64,000 bases of DNA from Eledone cirrhosa (Eukaryota): contig OZ024742.1 of NCBI GenBank assembly GCA_964016885.1, forward strand, positions 170,624,001 through 170,688,000, in the 5' to 3' direction. Under the pieces are notes generated by a model. It was not told where the DNA came from. It worked only from the letters and a program-made list of their open reading frames with translations, and did not search any database. This document shows, piece after piece, positions 53,421 through 64,000 of this stretch. The position numbers were made by a program, and so were the translations under genes. Numbering within the stretch: position 1 is the stretch's first letter; each line of letters opens with the position of its first letter.

Positions 53421-55634
53421 TTTAATATGTTTTTGTTCAAAGTATCAGATGTGTCGCTCAGTGGCTGAGGAAATGGGACAGAACGTTAGTTACAGGTGAA
53501 ATTCCATTCAGCACATCAGACGAAGGATTCGTTTTACTTTCTATAATTTTTCACTTTTCAGGTAAATAGTCGAATACTTCGCCCTAACATATATTTTGCA
53601 TCTACAACAAAAGATTTGAGGTGATACAAAACAACAATATATTTGCATTACATAAAGAATTAAAGTCCGTAAATTTCTGTAATCTGTCTACAAGTAAAGT
53701 TACTATAAACATTTAAACTAATACACCTGTTTTTTTTAAATAGATTTTTTCCCCTTAATCATCGCCGGATGCGAAGAGTTAAAACTTCGCATCTTGATTA
53801 TAATATCACATATCCATGATATTAGATTCATTATGTTTATTATACTTGAATGGATCTCCGTCGGTTTTGAAGGTGACTGTTTCAGTTGTTCAATCAATGG
53901 AACATCCTGTTCATGAAATTAATGTGTAAGTGGTCGAGCATTCCACAGACACCTGTCCTCTGAGCGAATTTTCCGGGCGAGTCAGTGCGACACAGAATAT
54001 GACAAAGCTGGCTTTTTGAATTGCAGATCCAGTTCATACGACGGTCTTCTATACAATTTCCGTCTACCCAATTTCGCTCACAATTTAAGAGTCACCCGAT
54101 GCTATGGTAAATGACTTTTGTCGAAGATGCCACGAACTCATGACCTCCAGATTGCAAAGTAAATTTCTTAACCATTCGGTCACGCTGTGTCCACTTATTA
54201 TGTAAACATTGTATATGACGCCATGTACGCCCTGGGTATTACGTTAAGATTATTCGTGTTTGTGGACTGCTCAGCCACTTGCACATAAATTTCCCCCAAA
54301 AGGTTGTTCCATTGATCGAACAACAGGAACACACATACTCGAACTCATCATAGGTCCAACTCATTCTTACTAGCCGAATAAAGTGTCTTACAACGCGCCG
54401 CCGGGAATCGAACTTACGACCATAAATTCGTGAGTCGAGAACCCTAAACGCTAAACGGTTCATGGGGGTCTATTTATTTCCAGTTATTGTTATTCTCTGA
54501 TGTGCAGAACCCCAGTCGTATGCCGCCCGATGATCCCCGCAGACAGTGCATAGTTGTTAGTGCACGAACTTTATCTTCAGAAAGAAGATTTTTTGAAAAT
54601 ATTACTTTGTCACAGAAGTTTCTGACTGAATAAAAGACACGGCTAACAATCTCTAAGTAGTCTTTTAACAAGCAACACCATCAAAGTGTGTGATTTATTC
54701 CATAGCTAGAGATTAGACAATAGATATAGTAAATATGGCACAATAACAGACCGGTGAACTCTCCCCCTCCGACGGGGAGATCTCCCACCCACTTTGGGGT
54801 GGATGAGAGATGTCTTCTCTTGTGAAAATGGGTATAGCTTCTATTATGTAAAATCTTGCCATTTACCTCATTTCTCTCCGTTTTGGGCACTTTTTTTCAT
54901 GGTACTCCCCATTGGGGTTTTTAGAGGTTGGCAGGTCTGCAGTAAGCTATATTTGTACATTGGATAACAGTAAACTTTCCGACAGGAGAAAAATTACTTG
55001 TTATCATGGAGGATAGTGAGTGAAATGGGTTGAAATAGCCATTTCAACACGCAGGGCTCATTCATACGGGTGGCCAACACCATCGTGATAACAACAAGTA
55101 GGGAGATATTTGAAGGGTCGTGAACGGAGAATTCTCCACCGTTATTTTTATGATACTGATTGTTGAGAAGCAGAGTAGATAGATGGTGGGAAGGAATTGA
55201 ACTAAGAAGATCAAGACGAAACTAAACGACTGTCGAGGCATGACATTATAGTTGAAGTAAGTGCTGAAAAGTTTCTTCCAATTCAGTGCTCTAAACGGAT
55301 AATTAATTACTCTATGATAATTTCAAACATTCGAGTTGATATCTAGATAGTGTGTGAAGTGACTAGTGCAGAGAAAGTTATGGTTAAAGGTCACTAATGT
55401 GATAAACCCCAAGAAGGCAGTCAAAGATATTATTGTCTAAAAGAAGAGTTTGCATCAACAGTATGAAACAATATGAGATAAATCATGTCAAAATTTGGTT
55501 CTGGAAGAAAACCTTTGAAATGTATGCAACCACTGGAGCATACATATCGTAATTATCATCTACTGATGAAGTTGAAATGGTCGAAATATGGCGATTTCAT
55601 ATTAATATAATTAGCAGATGACTAGCATTATTAT

Positions 55635-55717
<83 letters not shown>

Positions 55718-56090
55718 CACATGTATATATACTTATATATATATATATGTAGATATATACATACATATATACATACATATATATATATACATATATGCAT
55801 ATATACATGTATACATACATACACACACATGTATATATACTTATATATATATATATATATATGTACATATATACATACATATATACATACATATACATAT
55901 ATATACATATATGCATATATACATATATACATACATATATACACACATGCATATTTACATACATATATACGCATATACATAGAGACATATATATATATAT
56001 TTGCATACATACATGCATTCATACACATACTTGTATATACATATATATGTGTATAGACAAATATGCACATATATAATATATATATATATA

Positions 56091-56128
<38 letters not shown>

Positions 56129-56302
56129 CACATGTATGTATGTATGTATGTATGTATGTATGTATGTATGTATGTATGTATGTATGTATGTATGTATGTA
56201 TGTATGTATATATGTATGTATATATGTATGCATGTATGTATGTATGTATGTATGTATGTATGTATGTATGTATGTATGTATGTATGTATGCATGTATATA
56301 TG

Positions 56303-56336
<34 letters not shown>

Positions 56337-56557
56337 TGTATACATGTGTGCATAGATTCATGCACGCAAGCGTTCACAATCACAGACACATGCATGTATA
56401 TAGAGAATCAGAGTAGCCCACAGGGAGGATAATATTGTCACATACATATAACATCTTTCCATACTTCAAGAAACATGGGTGGGCTGGTTGATGGAAACTT
56501 CTCTCTTAAACTATGTGTTGATTGAATACATATTGCATGATGGCCATTATGTTAGCC

Positions 56558-56642
<85 letters not shown>

Positions 56643-56690
56643 CAGTAAGAAGTGCTGTGCTTATGTTATATATATATATATATATATATA

Positions 56691-56825
56691 TAGGAACGAG
56701 TAGGACCCCGACGGCTGAGCTCAGCCGTAGGGGTCTTACTCGTTCCTATTACCCACTCTACTACCCTAAGTATTGAGTACTTTGGTGCGTTATGGTCCAC
56801 CTGGTTCCTTACCACATTTCCTTCG

Positions 56826-56828
<3 letters not shown>
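56691..56828. mobile_element. (TA)n-flanked fold-back element, family P copy 3 (opposite orientation)
   Basis: Reverse-complement homolog of 4539-4722. Palindrome axis at gacggc-tgagctca-gccgt. Confidence 0.75.
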
Positions 56829-56865
<37 letters not shown>

Positions 56866-57027
56866 AAGAGTTAAACAAAATTCAATGAGTATATCAAAGA
56901 ATGAGTTTTACAGTAGATTGGAAGCACTCTACGGAAAATAATTTTCCGGAGTTATTAATATTAGAATATTACTTATACCTTGATTAAATCTTAACCAATT
57001 TTAATATCTCAGGGTATGTCATGTATC

Positions 57028-57090
57028 ATTATATTTTGTCTGATGAGGACGTACTGTTGTACATCCGAAATATGTATAATAAAATGTAAT
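57028..57090 (+). ncRNA. Type-I minimal hammerhead ribozyme
   Basis: attatattttgt CTGATGA ggacgtac tgtt gtacatcc GAAA tatgta TA ataaaatgtaat. 12-bp stem I with two G-U pairs, 8-bp stem II with one mismatch, AUA triplet. Confidence 0.88.
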
Positions 57091-57159
57091 TGATCAAAAG
57101 AACATGGTGCCCCAGCATGGCCTCAGCCGGATGGCTGAAACAGGTAAAAGAGTAAAAGA

Positions 57160-57205
<46 letters not shown>

Positions 57206-57639
57206 CTGCCATAGTGTATGATAAAGTTAATAAAGTTATATCTGTAAAATTACAACCGAGACTGCACCAACGTGTATAAATATATATACATACCTAATAT
57301 GTAGGCATGTAAACATGCCAGAAGATACGAATTTCTCTGTAAATTGAAAACAAAAATGATAAACATCTTTAATTGATTTTCGGTACTTATTGGACTTTCA
57401 GCTGAAGACTCGTATATCATCCAACCAACCACAAGGAAACATGTATTTGATGGGTGTATATATATATGTATGTATGCCCAGTAACTCTTAGTATTATTCT
57501 GAAATGGTCATACTACTTTGCATATAATTAGCGCTCGTGTTGGTAATTAATTAAGATATATAGTAAGAAGTGCGCAAGCAGCCGAAATGTACGCTAAAGT
57601 TATATCTACATAAATACAGATTGTATATTTATACAGATA

Positions 57640-58680
57640 TAACGCTCTTTCACTTTTTGTGGAAGGGACACATTTTACTGCTGAGACGATCCAATTGTTG
57701 TCAGCATCCACTGCAAGGAGGATTAGGCATGCCGTGGCTGATGATATTCAGACATGCGCAGAGGCTACAACATCTCCAACTTTTCCTTGACGGTAAACAG
57801 GTGTGGTCATCATTCGCCAGAGATGTCTTTCCCCAGCTCATCTCTTTGACAGAGATATAGTCTTGGGTCAAGTGGTGAACAAGTGGAGGTACTTGGTCTA
57901 CTGGAATGTCGTCAAGCGCTCACAACCTTCTGTCAGTCAGATCATGTGGTCGGCAAAAACTCCACATTGACGTTCTATAGAGAATTATTTGTGGCTATAA
58001 GCGACAACGTTCCCGAGGAGACTCACTGCGTCGACGAAAACTTGCAAGACTTTTGGTTCAGGGCCTATGGAAAATTTCCAGGAATCCCTAGCCTAGTAGT
58101 GCTATCGGACGTGGGGGTGGGGGTGAGGTGGGGGGGGGGGGCGTTGCTGGATCGGGATAAACTCTACAAACACCGTCAGCCAGACCTGAGATTGCTATCT
58201 CTTTGGTGAATATGGCGAAAGAGGTTGACTGGTAGATGTGATTCACAGTGTTGGAGACCGACAGTTTCCTCTTTTCATAAACTTTTGCAAGTTTAGTTTG
58301 AAAAAATAATTAAGGGTGGAGAGAAAAGTGCTACTTTGCAGCAAATTTACTGAAAAGTGGATAAATGTAGCGAGCATGGTCCGAGTGACCAGGTCTGCTC
58401 TGTATATGGACCTGAAGACTGGAGGAGGACACATGGGAGAAGGCACTTGGCTTAATGGTCAAAGTGTCCGGGACTTGTTGTGGGCTTTTATTACGAATAT
58501 CCCTTGGAAATCTTTTCTTTATTGGAGAAGATATCTTTGTTTTCATTTTATTGTTACCCATTTTGTTTGCGTTCTCGTTATTTCCCATTTGTAAATGTTT
58601 TCATGTAAACCCACACCGTGCCGTCCTATGCCGTCCTCTACCATCCTGTATCGTCCTCGATCATTATGAAAACCTTTGGG
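57640..58680 (+). mobile_element. Decayed Tx1/L1-clade LINE 3' fragment
   Basis: LFHFLWKG...HPLQGGLGMPWL...HAQRL thumb motif, downstream RVERKVLLCSKFTEKW, and a T-rich 3' UTR. Confidence 0.65.
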
Positions 58681-58689
58681 TCAAAATTA

Positions 58690-59915
58690 CATTTCATACG
58701 ACCGAGGTCGATAAAATAAAGTACCAGTAATGCACTGGTGTCGATTTAATCGACTTTCCGCTTCCCTTCAAATTGCTGACCTTGTGCCAAATGTAGAAAC
58801 AATTATTTTTGTAGATTGGCAGTAGGGGTAGAACGTCGGACACCATGCTTTGCAGCATAGAGTTACGGCCCTTTATGATCTGAGTTCAAATCCCGCCCAG
58901 GTTAACTTTGCCTTTCATCCTTACGGGGTCGATAAAATAAAGTACCAGTCACGCACTGGGGTCAATTTAATCGACTTTCCCCTCCCCCAACATTGCTGGC
59001 CTTGTGCCTATATAAGAAACCATTATTATTATTATAATTATTATTCAGTCAGTTTAGGGCGGTGGATTGGTAGTATCAGCAGAGCGTCGGACGCCATGCT
59101 TTGTAGCATTGAGTTACGTCCCTTTACATTCTGAGTTCAAAACCCGCCGGGTTAGCTTTACCTTTCATTCTTACGGGATCGATAAAATAAAGCACCAGTA
59201 AGATACTGGGGTCGATTTAATCGACTATCCCCTCCCACTCAAATCACTGGCCTTGTGCCTATACGGTGGATTGGCAGTATCGGTAGAGGGTCGGACGCCA
59301 AGCTTTCCAGCATAGTTACGTCCCTTTACGATCTGAGTTCAAATCCCGCCGAGATTGACTTTGCCTTTCATCCTTACGGGGTCGATAAAATAAAGTACCA
59401 GTAATGCACTGGGTAATTGCTGGCCTTGTGCCTAAAGTAGAAACAATTATTATTATTATATTATTAGGGCGGTGGATTGGCAGAATCGGTAGAGCATCGG
59501 ACACCATGATTTGCAACATAGAGTTTCGTCCCTTTACGTTTTATGTTTAAATCCCGCCGAGGTTAGCTTTGCCTTTCATCCTTACGGGGTCGATAAAATA
59601 AAGTACCAGTCACGCACTGGGGTCGATTTCATCGACTTTTTCCTCCCCCCCCCCCAAAAAAAAAAATGCTGACCTTGTACCTATACTAGAAATTATTATT
59701 ATTATTATTGAGTGAGAAGGGCGGTGGATTGGCGTGTATCGGTAGAGGGTCGGACACCATACTTTGCAGCATAGAGTTACGGCCCTTTATGGTCTGAGTT
59801 CAAATCTCGCCAAGGCTAACTTTGCCTTTCATCCTTACGGGGTCGATAAAATAAAGTACCAGTAATACACTGGATATAATTGCTGGCCTTGTGCCAAACG
59901 TAGAAACAATTATTA
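58690..59915 (+). mobile_element. Head-to-tail cluster of about 6 tRNA-derived SINE copies
   Basis: Repeated ggcggtggattggcag...gttcaaatcccgcc (Pol III A/B-box-like), central gcctttcatccttacggggtcgataaaataaagtaccag (Meta-domain-like, from recall), and (TTA)n tails. Confidence 0.9.
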
Positions 59916-60318
59916 TTTAGTCAGTCGTCTGCGGCTGTTTAAAAGTTGCGGCCCTCGTCTATTTATGAAATCAATAGTCCAGTGTACCATTACATATCTT
60001 TTATCAACCAATCCATTCATCTATAATAAAATTACACGCAATCCTTCATTTGGCTTTAGAAGCAAAAATCAATTTTCTTTCTTTCTTTTCTACACTACAA
60101 TTTTTGTTTTGTGTTTCATTTGGGATTCGGAGGTCGGGTTGGAACAGAAACAACGGAACAACAACAACAACAATAACAACAGCTACTACTACTACTACTA
60201 CTACTGCTTTTTCTGCTGTTGCTGCTGCTGTTACTACTACTACTACTACTACTACTGCTTTTGCTGCTGTTGCTGCTGCTGCTGTTACTATTACTACTAC
60301 TACTACTACTACTACTAT

Positions 60319-60364
<46 letters not shown>

Positions 60365-60390
60365 GATTTTGCTGCTGTTGCTGCTGCTGT

Positions 60391-60480
<90 letters not shown>

Positions 60481-60777
60481 AGCAACCACAACTACAACAG
60501 CAACAACACCAACAACTACAGCAACAACAACAGTAACAACAGCAGCAGCAAGAGAAAGAATAATAGATAGAATATGATACAATATGAAATATTTTCGGAT
60601 GAGTTTAATCCAGAAGCGAAGTAGAAATCACAAAAAGAATTCTATTATTTTACACTCCACATAAATAGTATTAATTTAATTTAGAAGCAACAAGGCACCA
60701 GCTAGCGAAACGGAAATCCTTTGGCTTCCCATACACTCATCCTTCTTCCCACTCCATACATACTCACACATATAGAC

Positions 60778-60947
<170 letters not shown>

Positions 60948-61052
60948 TGTGCGTATGCATACTTATATGGTTACGTTCATACTTGCATGCATGCATATAT
61001 ATATATATATATGTATTTTATACACACAGACACACACACACATACACATTCA

Positions 61053-61096
<44 letters not shown>

Positions 61097-61128
61097 GATA
61101 AGCAGAACATGGGCATATTAACTTCTTC

Positions 61129-61165
<37 letters not shown>

Positions 61166-61770
61166 CACACAGACGCACACACATACCCATACCAATCTTT
61201 TTTAGCAGGGATAACGCTTCAAACATACATTCACAAATACACGTGGGTGTGATGTGTTTGTATATGTAAAATGTGTGACTCTTTCTCTCTATTTGTGTTT
61301 CTGCGTGCGTTTGAGTGTGCGTATGTGTGTATAAGCCATATTTTTTTTTTACTCCCAGTAAAGAATTATGTTAATTTGTTTAACTTTATGATGATATATC
61401 TCATAGATGTATTATTCATTTAGTATATTTGTTTTGCCTTGTAACACATAGCTGCAAAGATCCGGAAGGCTAATCTTATTTATCTCCCTTTATGATTTTC
61501 CCCATGATGTGTGCATGTCGTCCGAAAGGAAAATATATTTAAATGTATTCGGAAATGTTTGAATGGTTATGAATTTTGAATGTGTTCTCCTACAATGATA
61601 ATGATACGATGCGTAAAGAACCATACGCAGTAGTGATTCTGATGTTTAAGGTTTAAGGTGCATAACTATACACAGATACACACCACATATACAGAAATAA
61701 ATCATAAAATTTTTATATATATATATGTACCCTACGTATAATATGTACGAATACATACATATCTATCTTT

Positions 61771-61810
<40 letters not shown>

Positions 61811-62204
61811 TTGTAAATCAAACAACTACAACAGGACTAGAACTGTTTCTTTCGTTAGAAATCATAAATCCTAGTCCAGTAGAAGTCATTTCTATATAAA
61901 AAAAACAAACATGTTTATGTTCAATTACCGTATTGCGAACCTTTTTTAACGGTGGTCAATTCCCAATCATATATAAAACACCAGCATCAACAGTTTTCCA
62001 AGAGATGTCAATATGAATGGACTTGTTATTTTTATCTAAAGACATTTTTTCCAATTCCACCCTGGCTGTCCCTTCAATCAATCTTATTTCTCATTCTTTC
62101 CTGCCTACATACATACATACATGATGGCTGCCCCCTCGTTATCGAATATGGCCATTGCACGAGGAGAAAGAAAAAAAAAAAGAATAAAAAAAAAAAAAAA
62201 AAAG

Positions 62205-62254
<50 letters not shown>

Positions 62255-63113
62255 CTTTTTATACATATACATACATACACACACACACACCTACACACAT
62301 ACTCACACACACATATACACACACATACATTAATAACAATAATAATAATAATAATAATAACAATAATAATAACGACAACAACAATAATAATATACATATA
62401 CATATATATATACACACACACGCACACACATAAGCATATCTACACACACACACACACGATAGCAACTAACAGCGCTGCGATCGAATGTGGCTTTTTAGCC
62501 CAGCCAATGATCTAAAATGTCTTGCACAGAGTCGGCAACCAAAACATTCACTGGGAACATACATACATACATTCATACACATATATATATATGTGTATGT
62601 GTGTGGGGGGTGTATGTGTGTAAGTGTACGGTAAAGTTATAATTGTATATATACAGAGTGAGTAACCGAGATTACGCCAATGTATATATAAAGCAATGAT
62701 ATTAGTTTCGTTAGTATATTAGTCTTTCTTTTTCCTATTGTACAGGGGTAAGACAGAGATAGTCGAAGAGATAATAGTTCAACAATTAGTAGGAAAACAG
62801 ATACGTGAGTGTGTGTCCGTCAAACATATACAGCAGATTCGAACACAAAAGAACAAAACCCCCCACTCTCACTGCCTCCGTCTATCCGAATCTCCCCATC
62901 TCTCACTATTATGAGCAAATGGGGTCCCACGCGCTGGTCGCCCGGAGGATATAAATACCACTGGCGACTCCAGCAATGGATCTACTTTGCCTCAGCTGTC
63001 ATGTCTATCTATTTTTCTAACCCAGAATTCGTGTCTATGAACACTACTTTTAATTGCTTGGACATAACATTGTGACACGGGCTGACGAATTTCCGCCCAA
63101 ACAATTCATGTTT

Positions 63114-64000
63114 TAATTTAAAAAAATAAAAAATAGATGGCCAATAGTGGATGGAAAAGGCGATTTAGTATTATATAATTTAAAAAATAAAAATAGATGG
63201 CCAATAGTGGATGGAAAAGGCGATTTAGTATTATATAATTTAAAAAATAAAAATAGATGGCCAATAGTGGATGGAAAAGGCGATTTAGTATTATATAATT
63301 TAAAAAATAAAAATAGATGGCCAATAGTGGATGGAAAAGGCGATTTAGTATTATATAATTTAAAAAATAAAAATAGATGGCCAATAGTGGATGGAAAAGG
63401 CGATTTAGTATTATATAATTTAAAAAATAAAAATAGATGGCCAATAGTGGATGGAAAAGGCGATTTAGTATTATATAATTTAAAAAATAAAAATAGATGG
63501 CCAATAGTGGATGGAAAAGGCGATTTAGTATTATATAATTTAAAAAATAAAAATAGATGGCCAATAGTGGATGGAAAAGGCGATTTAGTATTATATAATT
63601 TAAAAAATAAAAATAGATGGCCAATAGTGGATGGAAAAGGCGATTTAGTATTATATAATTTAAAAAATAAAAATAGATGGCCAATAGTGGATGGAAAAGG
63701 CGATTTAGTATTATATAATTTAAAAAATAAAAATAGATGGCCAATAGTGGATGGAAAAGGCGATTTAGTATTATATAATTTAAAAAATAAAAATAGATGA
63801 CCAATAGTGGATGGAAAAGGCGATTTAGTATTATATAATTTAAAAATTAAAAATAGATGACCAATAGTGGATGGAAAAGGCGATTTAGTATTATATAATT
63901 TAAAAATTAAAAATAGATGACCAATAGTGGATGGAAAAGGCGATTTAGTATTATATAATTTAAAAAATAAAAATAGATGACCAATAGTGGATGGAAAAGG
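63114..64000. repeat. 60-bp minisatellite, at least 14 copies, runs off the window
   Basis: Identical 60-nt lines taaaaaataaaaatagatggccaatagtggatggaaaaggcgatttagtattatataatt. Confidence 0.97.

Noticed and set aside
50178-53499. LRR-like (FETLLLSN) or Cys-rich proteins from the 24-bp array
   Set aside because: Several frames on both strands are open, the LRR-like frame has three internal stops, and no splice signals were found.
58810-59800. tRNA genes
   Set aside because: A/B-box-like motifs belong to SINE heads; no cloverleaf could be folded.
60050-60577. Mucin-like poly-Thr ORF
   Set aside because: Compound (TAC/TGC/AAC)n microsatellite, open in several frames.
61824-61877. Possible hammerhead on the minus strand (ggactag...tttatga tttc taac gaaa GAAA cag TT ctagtcc)
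   Set aside because: Two core mismatches; suggestive but not supportable as a feature.

Overview
AT-rich, microsatellite- and retroposon-saturated animal DNA. The SINE and LINE repertoire suggests a coleoid cephalopod (octopus-like); this is an inference. One host gene can be reconstructed by hand on the + strand from seven GT-AG exons (10483-37099). It encodes a three-Ig-domain protein with an S/T-rich stalk and a GPI-type C-terminus (IgLON/lachesin/DIP-like). The signal-peptide exon was not found, and the exon at 15619-15756 carries compensating frameshifts. The rest is mostly mobile DNA: a tRNA-derived SINE family, a decayed Dong/R4-type RLE LINE and a ~600-bp non-autonomous retroposon that both sit in (TATG)n, RTE and Tx1 LINE fragments, a truncated mariner, MITEs, Helitron-like ends, and 24-, 51- and 60-bp minisatellites. 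The most striking unannotated signal is that most short unique islands between (TA)n arrays carry a minimal type-I hammerhead ribozyme (complete, point-mutated, or 3' half only). Many are folded back into palindromes whose axis lies inside the ribozyme, and several carry a GAGYACTC-like motif near the (TA)n junction. These look like remnants of several Penelope-like or retrozyme families targeting (TA)n. Nearly all ORFs in the supplied track are microsatellite artefacts. All coordinates and foldings were read by eye.
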